From Anaerolineae bacterium (GTDB lineage Bacteria; Chloroflexota; Anaerolineae; SpSt-600): 64,000 bases of DNA. The notes beneath the pieces were generated by a model. That model saw only the letters and a list, made by a program, of their open reading frames with translations, was not told the DNA's origin and did no database searches. Positions 52,773-62,935 of this stretch are shown one piece after another; the first letter of the stretch is position 1; each line of letters opens with the position of its first letter. The position numbers and the translations under genes were made by a program. The stretch spans positions 24,032-88,031 of the forward strand of contig JBHOQL010000072.1 of the NCBI GenBank assembly GCA_042408195.1, read 5' to 3'.

Positions 52773-53573
52773 TCACCCCCTTGCCCTTATATCGCGGCGC
52801 TGGAAAATGAGGATTCCCGCCGCAATCAGGATCACCGTGAGGCCCACGAAAAGAGCAATGTGGTTCCAGTTAAGGCCTTCCACCATAGGGCGGCCGCCGC
52901 CGTAGTAGTAGAAAAGGGAAAACTTCCGGTAAGGCTTTAACCTTTCCGAAACAACGCCTATCGCTTCAATAAGGTAGAAAGCAGATGCCAATCCACCGGA
53001 GATACCACCGGCAGTTCCTGCCCCTTTGCCCAGGCCAGTAATGAAAAAGGCCAGCGCTCCGAAGACCAGACTGAACAAAAGTTCATCCAGAATTGCCAGG
53101 GCTATGCGGAAGTAATTAGCTTCAACCTTTATCGCCAGCCCACCAGCCCAGAGGCTTAGCCAAAAAAATGCATGTATAAAGAAAACAGCCACCAGGACTG
53201 CTGCTACCTTCTCAAGGGCAATCCTCCAACGAGGCATGGGCATAGAGACCAATAGTTCCAGGGTGCCCCTTTCTTCTTCTCGCCCTACGACCCCAATGAA
53301 GTAGATTATGGACATAATGATGGAGAGGACCGGCAATACCAGGCTAAACAGTTCAATGGAAAGATACCCTTCAATAGTGGCCAGCGTATTAAAATCCCTC
53401 ATGAATACTTTGAAAAGCGGGTTATCAAAGTAGGGCGATAGGTCCAAGAAGGTGTCTCTGACCGTTGGGAAAGCCAGGATGGTGTAAAGGGCCGTGAGGA
53501 CCATTCCCACGCACCACCAGAAAATAGAGCGCCTCATATCCCTTAGGGTTTTCAGGAAAACCAAGCGCAGCAT
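52773..53573 (-). CDS. ABC-2 type exporter permease
   Basis: Six TMs, EEERGTLELLVSMPMPR. Confidence 0.88.
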   Translation of the reverse strand: MLRLVFLKTLRDMRRSIFWWCVGMVLTALYTILAFPTVRDTFLDLSPYFDNPLFKVFMRDFNTLATIEGYLSIELFSLVLPVLSIIMSIIYFIGVVGREEERGTLELLVSMPMPRWRIALEKVAAVLVAVFFIHAFFWLSLWAGGLAIKVEANYFRIALAILDELLFSLVFGALAFFITGLGKGAGTAGGISGGLASAFYLIEAIGVVSERLKPYRKFSLFYYYGGGRPMVEGLNWNHIALFVGLTVILIAAGILIFQRRDIRARG

Positions 53574-53588
53574 GAGTACCTCCTGCTT

Positions 53589-54467
53589 TCAAGAGTAAAA
53601 GGCTAAGAAAATTTCTTCCAAGGTTGGGTCTTGAACCCTGAGGCTAACGACATTGTGGCGGGCCAAAGCCCTTACGAACGCGTTGGGGTCTCCTTTGAGA
53701 AGGCAAGTCATAGTTTTACCTTCAATGCGCAGGTCATTGACTCCAGGAATGCCCGAGAATTCCTCAGCGCCAATTTCATAGGCGAATACCACCTCAGCCC
53801 GGCGCATTGCTTTGGCTTTGAGGGAATGGATGCTTTCCACCGTGACAAGGTGGCCTTCTTTTATTATGCCGACCCTGTCACAGATTTTCTCTACCTCGGG
53901 CAAGATGTGGGAAGATATGAACACAGTTCGCCCCTCTTCCTTTACTTCTTGCATAATTTTGTAGAACTCCTGTTGGATTAACGGGTCAAGCCCGAGGGTG
54001 GGTTCGTCAAGAATGAGGAGGCTCGGCTTGTGCATGAGAGCCTGGATTACCCCAAGCTTCTGGCGGTTCCCGTGGGAGTAGGTCCTGATAATCCTGGAAA
54101 GGTCCAGGTCAAGGCGTTGAGCAAGGGATTTGACGTAACCCCAGTCAACTCCACCCCTCAGGGAAGCGAAGTAACGCAAGAATTCTTCTCCGGTCAAATC
54201 CCCGTAAAGGCTCAATTCGCCCGGGATGTACCCAACCTCCTTTTTCCAGGCAAAATTGGTGGTGGAAACCTGCTGGCCAAGGACAAAAGCCTTACCCCTG
54301 GTTGGATTAAGGGCACCTATGAGGAGACGGATGGTGGTTGTTTTACCAGCGCCGTTTGGTCCCAGGTAGCCAAATATCTCACCCTTTTCCACTTCCAGGT
54401 TGAGGTCTTCCACCCCCCTGACTCTACCGTAATACTTGGTCAACCCCTCGGTTCGGATTACGGCCAT
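53589..54467 (-). CDS. ABC-2 type exporter ATP-binding protein
   Basis: GPNGAGKTT, YSHGNRQK, LDEPT, SSH. Confidence 0.93.
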   Translation of the reverse strand: MAVIRTEGLTKYYGRVRGVEDLNLEVEKGEIFGYLGPNGAGKTTTIRLLIGALNPTRGKAFVLGQQVSTTNFAWKKEVGYIPGELSLYGDLTGEEFLRYFASLRGGVDWGYVKSLAQRLDLDLSRIIRTYSHGNRQKLGVIQALMHKPSLLILDEPTLGLDPLIQQEFYKIMQEVKEEGRTVFISSHILPEVEKICDRVGIIKEGHLVTVESIHSLKAKAMRRAEVVFAYEIGAEEFSGIPGVNDLRIEGKTMTCLLKGDPNAFVRALARHNVVSLRVQDPTLEEIFLAFYS

Positions 54468-54634
54468 TGGTCACCTCCCTTTTAGGAGCTGGATAAATTT
54501 TATACCTTGCCGTCTGCGTGCGCAAGACCGGGCTTGCCCTTTGGAGGCAAGAAAATTTTGGGCTTTTGGGGAAATTTTGACAGAAGGGGCTCGTTGGTGT
54601 TATTATTACCCAAAATTGGATTGAGGAGGCGGTC

Positions 54635-55243
54635 ATGCTGGAAATTATCCTGCTTTTGGTCTTATCTTATCTTATCGGCTCAATTCCTTTTTCCTACATA
54701 ATTGCCCGCATTGCCTCGGGCAAAGACGTTCGCTACAATGGCGAGGGCAATGTGGGAGCGAGAAACGTATGGCATTTAGCCGGACCCATAGCCGGTATCG
54801 TAGCAGGACTTCTGGACCTTTCCAAGGGCGTCGCCGCTTACAGGTTAGCTCTTCATTTCACCACCAGTGAAGTAATCGTTTACTTGGCTGGCCTGGCTGC
54901 AATCCTCGGCCACGGCTTTCCGATTTTCCTCAAGGGCAGGGGAGGTAAAGGGATTTCAGTGGCCCTGGGGTTCCTCCTCAACGTGGTCCCTCAGGCCGTA
55001 CTGCTTGGAGCAGTCCTCTACGGGATAGCCTGGTTCTTAACCCGCAATTTCAACGTGAGTGCAGGTGTTGGCCTCGGTTCCATGGCGTTGCTGGCTCTTC
55101 TGTGGGTTTCCTTCTCAGAATGGCTTATGATTCTGGGTTTGATGGTGGTCCTGGCCATCAAGAAGGTTTTGGATCGTCCCCACGAGACAGCTATACGCCA
55201 GAAGAGTGGTTGGTTTGAGCCCAGGGGTTTCATCCAACGCTGA
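54635..55243 (+). CDS. PlsY-family acyltransferase (second paralogue)
   Basis: YLIGSIP, GEGNVGARN, DLSKG, GHGFP..GGKG. Confidence 0.85.
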   Translation: MLEIILLLVLSYLIGSIPFSYIIARIASGKDVRYNGEGNVGARNVWHLAGPIAGIVAGLLDLSKGVAAYRLALHFTTSEVIVYLAGLAAILGHGFPIFLKGRGGKGISVALGFLLNVVPQAVLLGAVLYGIAWFLTRNFNVSAGVGLGSMALLALLWVSFSEWLMILGLMVVLAIKKVLDRPHETAIRQKSGWFEPRGFIQR

Positions 55244-55253
55244 GGTTCTGAAC

Positions 55254-56405
55254 ATGTTAGCCCTTTACCAGACAATTATCACTGTTTTGATTCTGTTTGT
55301 CTTCTTGAATCTCTTCAACAACCTGCGCTTAATCCGCAAGCCCCCGGCCGAAGGTCCCCTGCCTATAGCTCCGCCTTTGGTTTCAATTTTAGTCCCGGCC
55401 AGGAACGAGGAGCGCAACATTGAAAGATGCGTCACCTCTCTCCTGGCTCAGGATTATCCTGCAAAGGAAATAATAGTCTTGGACGATGATTCCTCCGACA
55501 GGACGGCTTCAATTGTGGAAGCAATAGCGGCTGGAAATGAACCCGTTGCTCTGGTCCGAGGGAAATCCCTGCCTCCTGGATGGATAGGCAAGAATTACGC
55601 TTGCCATCAACTCTCCCAGCTTGCCCACGGAGAATGGCTCCTTTTCACCGATGCGGACACCGTGCACTCCCCCTGCTCCGTATCGGCTTCCCTTAGGGCA
55701 GCTATTGAAGAAGAGTTAGATTTTCTGAGCCTGATACCGCGCATAATAACCTTGTCCTTCTGGGAGAAAGTGCTCCTGCCGGTAATCCCGTTCGGGCTTA
55801 TGAGTTTCTGGCCTCTTGGGCTCATGAATTCCATACCCCATCCCCGGGTGGTGATGGCCATTGGCCCTTTCATGCTGGTTAGGAAAAAAGCTTACCTCAA
55901 GGCCGGGGGTTACGAGGCTATTCGGGACAACATAGTGGACGATATAGCCCTGGCCAGGGAGGTGAAGAGAGCTGGGGGGCGAGTCGCTTTGATGGATGGA
56001 ACCGACCTGGTTTCGGTGCGCTTTTACTGCAATTTCTGGGAGATATGGAATGGCCTCTCTAAGAGCATATTTGGCGCGCTGGATTACTCCCTCACAACAG
56101 CAGCCTTTTACCTTATCGCGGGCTGGTGCCTCTTCGTTTATCCCTACTTTCAGGTTTTCCAGAGCCTGGCTCTCTGGGAATTTCACTTCCTGACCTTCTG
56201 GGTACCCATCTTCCACATAGCTCTTGCCTGGATAATGCACTATAAAGTGGCCCGCCGGTTCAAGCTTTCCCCTCTCACCCCCGTCTTCAGTGGTTTGACT
56301 GTGGCTTTGACTTTGCTTATGATTATTAACTCGGTGAGGTGCTCCCTCATCGGACGGGGATTGGCTTGGAAAGGGCGTTACTACAACGTTGGGGTGCGCA
56401 GATGA
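55254..56405 (+). CDS. Glycosyltransferase family 2, CrtQ/CruC/HpnB-like
   Basis: VPARNEE, DDDSSD, PPGWIGKNYAC, FTDAD, VDD, C-terminal WKGR. Confidence 0.88.
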   Translation: MLALYQTIITVLILFVFLNLFNNLRLIRKPPAEGPLPIAPPLVSILVPARNEERNIERCVTSLLAQDYPAKEIIVLDDDSSDRTASIVEAIAAGNEPVALVRGKSLPPGWIGKNYACHQLSQLAHGEWLLFTDADTVHSPCSVSASLRAAIEEELDFLSLIPRIITLSFWEKVLLPVIPFGLMSFWPLGLMNSIPHPRVVMAIGPFMLVRKKAYLKAGGYEAIRDNIVDDIALAREVKRAGGRVALMDGTDLVSVRFYCNFWEIWNGLSKSIFGALDYSLTTAAFYLIAGWCLFVYPYFQVFQSLALWEFHFLTFWVPIFHIALAWIMHYKVARRFKLSPLTPVFSGLTVALTLLMIINSVRCSLIGRGLAWKGRYYNVGVRR

Positions 56406-58132
56406 CCAATAAGGAAGTGGCGGATATATTGAGGCGCATAGCCGATATGCTGGAGATTAAAGGAGAAATTGTCTACAAGGCCTTGGCTTACCGGCGAGCC
56501 GCCGACAATATTGAATACCTGGGCCGCGACATTGTAGATCTCTGGCGCGAGGGCAGGCTGTTGGAAATACCAGGCGTGGGGAAATCCCTGGCGGAGAAGC
56601 TGGATGAACTCCTCCGCACCGGTAAGATGAGTTACTACGAGGAGCTGAAGGAGGAGATACCCCCAGGGGTTGTGAGCCTGCTCCAAGTCCCGGAAGTGGG
56701 GCCGAAAACAGCTAAGCTTGTCTGGGAGAAGCTCGGTATAACCTCAATCCCCGAACTGGAAAGAGCAGCCAGAGAGGGTAAACTCCGCACTCTTCCAGGG
56801 CTCGGTGTCAAATCAGAGGCTAAGATCCTGGCTGGAATTGAAGCCCTCTACCGGCGTTCCGAGCGTATCCCCTTGGCTACGGCCCTTCCGGTAGCCAGGG
56901 AGATAATCCAGTCTCTTAAGGAGGCTACCCCGCACGCCTTAAAGGTCACCGCTGCCGGAAGCCTGCGCCGGATGAAGGCAACCATAGGAGATATAGACCT
57001 GCTGGCTTCCTCTTATAGGCCGGAAGAAGTAATAGAAGCTTTCACTCATTTGCCCCAGGTGGCTGAGGTCTCAATGAAAGGCCCCACTAAATCCACCGTT
57101 TACCTCCACAACGGCCTCCAAGTGGACCTCAGGGTTCTTCCTCCGGAGCGGTATGGCTCGCTCCTCCAGTACTTCACCGGCTCCAAGGAGCACAATGTAG
57201 CTCTCAGGGGACTAGCCCTTGAAATGGGCCTTAGTTTGAGCGAGTACGGCTTCAAGAAAGACGGGGAGGAAATCCTTTGCCCTGAAGAAGAAGACGTCTA
57301 CCGTATCTTGGGGTTGGAGTGGATTCCACCTGAGCTGCGGGAAAACAGGGGGGAGATTGAAGCGGCTAAAAAGAAGCAACTTCCACGCCTTGTAGAACTT
57401 GCGGACATAAAAGGCGACTTGCATGTCCACACCAACTGGAGCGATGGTGCTTCCTCCATTGAGGAAATAGCCGAGGCCGCTCGCCGCCGCGGCTATCAGT
57501 ACCTGGTCATCTCCGACCACAGCCATGGCCTTGGGATTGCCAGGGGGTTAACCCCCGAGAGGCTTAGAGAGCAGAGAGCCATCATTGATGAGCTTAACCG
57601 GCGCTGGAGCAATTTCCGGCTCCTTCAAGGGGCCGAAGTTGAAATAAGGGCCGATGGCTCCCTTGATTACCCCGACGAAGTGCTGGCTTCTCTGGATTTG
57701 GTCATCGCTTCCATCCACACAGGGCTCAGGCAAGATAGAGAACGCATTACAGCCAGGGTGATAAATGCCATGCGCAACCCTTACGTTGATATAATTGGGC
57801 ACCCTTCTGGGCGCATCCTGGGTCAGAGGGAAGAAAGCGCAGTAGATATGGACGAAGTTCTAAGGGTGGCCAGGGAAACCGGAACTATATTGGAGGTAGA
57901 CGGTACACCGGACAGGTTGGACCTGGACGATGTTTACATCCGCAGAGCCGTGGAAATGGGGGTCAAGTTAGCCATAGACAGCGATGCCCACAACCTTTAC
58001 GGCCTTGATGCCATGGAATTCGGAGTAGCGATGGCCCGCCGGGGCTGGGCTGAGCCGAAAGATGTAGTCAATACGCTTCCGCTGGAAGAACTGCTGAGGA
58101 CTTTGAAGAGAAGCCGTCGCTCCCGAGGTTAA
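56402..58132 (+). CDS. polX: DNA polymerase/3'-5' exonuclease PolX with PHP domain
   Basis: AGSLRR, GDID, YFTGSKEHN, HVHTNWSDG, DSDAH; start ATG 56402. Confidence 0.96.
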   Translation: MTNKEVADILRRIADMLEIKGEIVYKALAYRRAADNIEYLGRDIVDLWREGRLLEIPGVGKSLAEKLDELLRTGKMSYYEELKEEIPPGVVSLLQVPEVGPKTAKLVWEKLGITSIPELERAAREGKLRTLPGLGVKSEAKILAGIEALYRRSERIPLATALPVAREIIQSLKEATPHALKVTAAGSLRRMKATIGDIDLLASSYRPEEVIEAFTHLPQVAEVSMKGPTKSTVYLHNGLQVDLRVLPPERYGSLLQYFTGSKEHNVALRGLALEMGLSLSEYGFKKDGEEILCPEEEDVYRILGLEWIPPELRENRGEIEAAKKKQLPRLVELADIKGDLHVHTNWSDGASSIEEIAEAARRRGYQYLVISDHSHGLGIARGLTPERLREQRAIIDELNRRWSNFRLLQGAEVEIRADGSLDYPDEVLASLDLVIASIHTGLRQDRERITARVINAMRNPYVDIIGHPSGRILGQREESAVDMDEVLRVARETGTILEVDGTPDRLDLDDVYIRRAVEMGVKLAIDSDAHNLYGLDAMEFGVAMARRGWAEPKDVVNTLPLEELLRTLKRSRRSRG

Positions 58133-58893
58133 CGCTCGCACCCTATCCCATCCCCATCCAAATCAAAATGGTGGGGATCGGGGGGGAGGACTTTAAAGCG
58201 TCTGTAAGGTATATCCCTGCAGTCGAGGTCTGGTGGTGGCGGAGGAATGCAAACTTCAGGGTAAGAAGGGTCGCAACGAGGAGAGGGGGTAGGGGTTAAG
58301 CGAGCTTCACCCCATAAACCAAGATTTGATTCCCGAGCCTGTCTCTCAGCTTCAAGGAATAGATCCGCACAAGACACATCGGGCGGGTACGTCACAACCC
58401 TGGCGTATCCGTTCCTGATCAGGGCATAATTCACAAAGATTCCATTTGCGAACACGTAGCGGAGTAGTCGGCCGTAGCGATCAGTTTCAGAGACGTCTCT
58501 GAAGAGTATCAGTTTCTTGTTCAAGACCATGGAAGCATTGGCTTGAGTCGCTTCCTGGTAGAAGGGTTCATCGAGCTCAGGCGTATCCACTCCGATGTAG
58601 CGAACTCTGTAGACCTTCCCCTCCATGCTTACGTCTATTGTATCGCCATCCACAACAGCAACCGTCAGGGCTTCTTCGGCCATTGTCCTCGGGACGCAGG
58701 ATGCTTCCGGCGGGGGGATAAACTGAGCTTGAGTGGGAGTTGGGGTCGGAGCTGGGGAAAAAGTAGGGGTAATGGAGGGCATACGGATTAAAGACGAAAA
58801 CAGCAAGCCCGTTACAAACCCGCACACAATTCCCATTCCCAGAAGACCTATGGCTCCTACGATGAAAGGCAAGAGATTCTTGGTTTTTTGCAT
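58129..58893 (-). CDS. Membrane-anchored thermonuclease (SNase) with C-terminal Excalibur-like Ca-binding domain
   Basis: VVDGDT, RYIGVDTPE, DRYGRLLRY, GLW; tail CDPSYP..DLDC..DLDGDGIGCE. Confidence 0.92.
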   Translation of the reverse strand: MQKTKNLLPFIVGAIGLLGMGIVCGFVTGLLFSSLIRMPSITPTFSPAPTPTPTQAQFIPPPEASCVPRTMAEEALTVAVVDGDTIDVSMEGKVYRVRYIGVDTPELDEPFYQEATQANASMVLNKKLILFRDVSETDRYGRLLRYVFANGIFVNYALIRNGYARVVTYPPDVSCADLFLEAERQARESNLGLWGEARLTPTPSPRCDPSYPEVCIPPPPPDLDCRDIPYRRFKVLPPDPHHFDLDGDGIGCER

Positions 58894-59410
58894 ACGCCTC
58901 CTTTCTGTTCAAAGCCTGTCAAGGAGTAAGCTCCCCTTTTACCTCCTGTTTTCTACCGCACTCACCGGCCTGAGTCTGCCATTACGGGGCTAACCTTTCA
59001 GCCTATCCTTCGTTTGTTTTTACTTACTCCCATAAGCTTAAGGTTTACGGTGGCTTGGGAGCAGAAACTGGTGTTTACTGTTCCTTATATCGTTTTCCCG
59101 GGGGCATTCTCCAATCTCAGCGTAGGGGACCCATGCACCTCTAATTTGTCCACCCATACCAACTTTGAGTTTGCGGTAGAGTGAACTGGAGAGTTCATCC
59201 TCAGATAAACTTTTGCCGCATCTGTTAGCTGAGGATTTGCCCAGCTTACAGTCCCACTTATGGACAGGATTTTGCTCCCTGCTCCACCTTCGTTTTTTGG
59301 AGGAATGTTCTCGAAATTTTCCGTTAAGGGTGTATTACGCTGCACTACAACCCTAAGTTTTGCCCATCCCTAGTTTTGTGTTAAACTTTTGCCCGTGGAA
59401 AGGAGGTGGC

Positions 59411-60037
59411 ATGATCGTAGAATGCTTAGCGGTCGGTCCACTTCAGACCAACTGTTACATTGTAGCCGATGAGCTGAACGGCAAAGGGGTTATCATAGAC
59501 CCCGGCGGGGATGCGGGCAAGATCCTCAAGACTGTTGAGAGGCTCGGGATTGAGGTCTCTCTGGTGATAAACACCCACGGCCACTTTGACCACATTATGG
59601 CAAACAAAGACGTCATCAAGGCGACCGGCGCTTCCCTCGCCATCCACATGGACGATGAAGCCCTCCTCCGCAGAGGAGGGGGTTTACCTTTCCTAGGCCT
59701 GATCGCTTCTAGCCCTCCACCGGATCTGTATCTTCAGGATGGAGATGAAGTCAAAATCGGCAGCGCTTACCTGAAAGTAATTCACACCCCCGGCCATTCT
59801 CCCGGCAGCATTTCCCTCTATTACCCTGAAGGGGGCATCCTCTTCTGCGGTGATGTCCTCTTCTACATGGGAGTTGGGCGGTGGGATTTCCCCGGGGGTA
59901 ACTACGAAGTCCTCATGGCTTCCATCCGAAATAAACTGCTTACTCTGCCCGATGAAACAATTGTTTATCCCGGCCATGGTCCGTCTACCACCATAGGGCA
60001 AGAGAAAGCCCATAACCCCTTTTTAACCGAGCTGTGA
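59411..60037 (+). CDS. MBL-fold metallo-hydrolase (glyoxalase II-like)
   Basis: THGHFDH, TPGHSPG, GD, PGHG; AGGAGG RBS. Confidence 0.94.
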   Translation: MIVECLAVGPLQTNCYIVADELNGKGVIIDPGGDAGKILKTVERLGIEVSLVINTHGHFDHIMANKDVIKATGASLAIHMDDEALLRRGGGLPFLGLIASSPPPDLYLQDGDEVKIGSAYLKVIHTPGHSPGSISLYYPEGGILFCGDVLFYMGVGRWDFPGGNYEVLMASIRNKLLTLPDETIVYPGHGPSTTIGQEKAHNPFLTEL

Positions 60038-60934
60038 AGCCAGATATACACCTAAGGCTATGGAGATGAACTTGGTTTCTGGCGGATCGGCCCGAGATGG
60101 AAGGACCAATGGGCATTTGGCTCCCACTGCAACGCCTGCCATTTTGCCTCGGGCAAAGTAGATTATGGCTTTGGCCAGGATGTTCCCCGCCTCAATGTCA
60201 GGGGCAATTATAATGTCAGCGTCGCCTGCCACTTCGCTTTTTATCCCTTTCACTTCCGCTGAACGGGGAGAAATGGCATTATCCAGGGCTAAGGGCCCAT
60301 CCACTATCCCACCTTTTATCTGACCCCGCTGGGCCATTTTCGAGAGATTGGCAGCATCCATGCTGACAGGAATTTTGGGGTTCACCATCTCCGTAGCAGC
60401 GAGGATGGCCACTTTCGGGCATTCTATCCCGAGAGCGTGAGCTACATCAATGGCGTTTTGGACTATCTCCACTTTCTGCTCTAAAGTGGGGGAGACCACT
60501 ACCCCTATATCGCTTATTAAAAGCAACTTATCCCAACCTGGGATTTCAAAGATGCTAACATCGGTGACCAATTTGCCTATACGAAGGCCCTTTTCCCTGT
60601 CCAGAGCGGCTCTCAAAAGGTGGCCAGGTTGAGCCAGGCCGTTCATTATCAGATCTACTTGACCGTTTCGGGCCATCTCCACTACACGGGCACAGGCTTC
60701 TCGCTCATTGCTCTCTTGGATAAGCTCAAAATCACCAAGATCAACACCTTCACGGGCCGCGATCTCCTCTATCGCTTTCACTTCTCCCATTAGGGTGGGA
60801 ATGGCTATTCCTTCGTCGTAGGCCCGGCGAGCTGCTATTATTGTGGCTGGTTCATGGGAGAAAGCTATGGCTAATCGCTTGGGGCCTCGTGTTTTAGCTG
60901 CTTCCACAAGCTGGGCAAAGCTCCTTATGGCCAT
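60023..60934 (-). CDS. Phosphate butyryl/acetyltransferase family protein
   Basis: PKVAILAATEMVNP, DGPLALDNAIS, PDIEAGN, SRAD. Confidence 0.9.
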   Translation of the reverse strand: MAIRSFAQLVEAAKTRGPKRLAIAFSHEPATIIAARRAYDEGIAIPTLMGEVKAIEEIAAREGVDLGDFELIQESNEREACARVVEMARNGQVDLIMNGLAQPGHLLRAALDREKGLRIGKLVTDVSIFEIPGWDKLLLISDIGVVVSPTLEQKVEIVQNAIDVAHALGIECPKVAILAATEMVNPKIPVSMDAANLSKMAQRGQIKGGIVDGPLALDNAISPRSAEVKGIKSEVAGDADIIIAPDIEAGNILAKAIIYFARGKMAGVAVGAKCPLVLPSRADPPETKFISIALGVYLASQLG

Positions 60935-62010
60935 ATCCAAACCTCCTCTTTCCTGGGCATAATTGGAAGGTTTAGTTTCTGGAGTTCTTTATTAAATTCT
61001 TCGGCAAGCCTCACTTTTTCCGCGGGAGGCATGAAGGCTCCCATAATTCCGTTCCAGATCACGGCTAAGAGTTCTTCTTGGGTCATCCCGAATTTCCTCA
61101 GAGCCAGCAGATACTCGTCGGTCAGACTCGTGCCCGAAATGCCAGGATCATCGGTGTTCAAAGTGACCAGAATCCCCAAACGGAACAGGGCCGGGAAAGG
61201 GTGCTCCTCAAGCTTCCTGACGGCCCCCGTTTGCAGGTTGCTTGTAAGGCATATTTCCAGGACCACCTTCTTGAACATAAGAAGATCCAAAACGTTCACA
61301 TCTTCTATAGCCCTCACTCCGTGGCCGATTCTGTGGGCTCCAAGGACTTCTACGGCTTCGTATATGCTTCCCGGCCCGGTTACCTCCCCTGCGTGAATGG
61401 TTATCCCCAGACCTTTACGGCGTGCATCCCTAAAAAGAGGCGCGAAGGGATAGGCTCTATAATTTACCTCATCACCTGCCAAGTCCAAACCTACAACTCC
61501 TTTGCCCCTCAGATCCAATGCTAACTGGACCAGCTCTTTAGCTGTTCCTAGGTCGGTATCCCTCGTAATCGTTATTAAGAAACTCAAGCGAATTCCTTTT
61601 TCTCGTGCAACTTTTAAGCCGGCTTCAATAACCCATTCGCTGACTTTCCGCAGTGGGAAGCCTTGAGCCTGAGCCAAAGCAATGGGGTTAAAACGCAGCT
61701 CCAAGTAACGGACGTTATCTTCGACAGCGTCAAGGACTGCTTCATAAGCGATCCTCTGGATCGCTTCACGGCTGGAATAAATGCGCCTCAAAATACGGAA
61801 CTTTTCTAGGAAAGCATGGTAATCGGGCAAATCGCGCTCGTTAACCTGGACATAGCGCCGCAGCTCTTCGGGCTCGCTGGTGGGCAAGGGGATGCGCTCC
61901 CTGGTGGCTATTTCCACGATAGTGGAAAAGCGGAGAGAACCTTCCAGATGGCGGTGTAGGTCCACTTTGGGAAGCTGCTTCACCTTTTCCCTGGAATGGG
62001 GCAAGGGCAT
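60925..62010 (-). CDS. add: Adenosine deaminase family protein
   Basis: LPKVDLHRHLEGS, DLAGDE, HAGE, RIGHG, NTDDP. Confidence 0.9.
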   Translation of the reverse strand: MPLPHSREKVKQLPKVDLHRHLEGSLRFSTIVEIATRERIPLPTSEPEELRRYVQVNERDLPDYHAFLEKFRILRRIYSSREAIQRIAYEAVLDAVEDNVRYLELRFNPIALAQAQGFPLRKVSEWVIEAGLKVAREKGIRLSFLITITRDTDLGTAKELVQLALDLRGKGVVGLDLAGDEVNYRAYPFAPLFRDARRKGLGITIHAGEVTGPGSIYEAVEVLGAHRIGHGVRAIEDVNVLDLLMFKKVVLEICLTSNLQTGAVRKLEEHPFPALFRLGILVTLNTDDPGISGTSLTDEYLLALRKFGMTQEELLAVIWNGIMGAFMPPAEKVRLAEEFNKELQKLNLPIMPRKEEVWIWP

Positions 62011-62019
62011 GGCTTTACC

Positions 62020-62925
62020 TTAATCCGGGGCTAATAGGACTCCCAGAGCTATGGATACAAGTTTTGTCTCGTGGGGGTCGGAACGGGATGCTACTACGAG
62101 GGGGCATTTACCTCCGACCACCACACCGGCCATTTTGCCGCCGGCAAAGTAGGTTATAGCCTTGGCCAGGACGTTCCCTGCTTCTATGTCTGGCGTGATC
62201 AGGATATCGGCTTTGCCTGCTACTGGACTGTTGATGCCTTTTATCCTGGCCGATTCCTCGCTTATAGCGTTATCCAGGGCCAGAGGGCCATCCACTATTC
62301 CTCCTTTTATCTGGCCTCTATCGGCCATCTTGGATAGGTTGGCTGCGTCAAGGGTGGAGGGGATTTTGGGGTTAACCATTTCAGTGGCAGCCAAGATGGC
62401 CACTTTGGGGCATTCAACTCCCAAAGCCTGAGCTACGTCGATAGCGTTCTGGACTATTACCACTTTCTCTTCCAGGGTTGGAGCCACCACTACACCAGCA
62501 TCGCTTATGAAGATAAGCCGGTCAAAGCCGGGTATTTCAAAAATTCCCACATGAGTGAGAAGTTTTCCGATCCTGATGCCTATCTCTTTATCCAAAGCAG
62601 CCCTCAGGAAATGGCCAGTTTCTATTTTCCCCTTCATAGCCAACTGGGCATGGCCAAGGCTTACCAGTTCCATTACTTTGCGTGCCGCTGTTAGAGGGTC
62701 AGGCTCATGGATGACCATCATCCTCCCCAAGTCAATGTTGTCTTCAGCAGCGAGGCGGCGTATAAGGGAATGGTCCCCCACAAGAATGCACTCAGCCAGG
62801 CCCAGTTTTTCAGCATCTTGGGCGGCCAGAAGAACTTCCTTCTCATGAGCAGCGGCTATAGCTACGACTTTCGGGCCTTTACGGCGAGCCTCTTCCATGA
62901 GTTGCGAGAAACTAGTTATACCCAT
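62020..62925 (-). CDS. ptb: Phosphate butyryltransferase
   Basis: MKG, PKVAILAATEMVNP, DGPLALDNAIS, PDIEAGN, SRSD; GGAGG RBS before ATG 62925. Confidence 0.88.
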   Translation of the reverse strand: MGITSFSQLMEEARRKGPKVVAIAAAHEKEVLLAAQDAEKLGLAECILVGDHSLIRRLAAEDNIDLGRMMVIHEPDPLTAARKVMELVSLGHAQLAMKGKIETGHFLRAALDKEIGIRIGKLLTHVGIFEIPGFDRLIFISDAGVVVAPTLEEKVVIVQNAIDVAQALGVECPKVAILAATEMVNPKIPSTLDAANLSKMADRGQIKGGIVDGPLALDNAISEESARIKGINSPVAGKADILITPDIEAGNVLAKAITYFAGGKMAGVVVGGKCPLVVASRSDPHETKLVSIALGVLLAPD

Positions 62926-62935
62926 AGACACCTCC

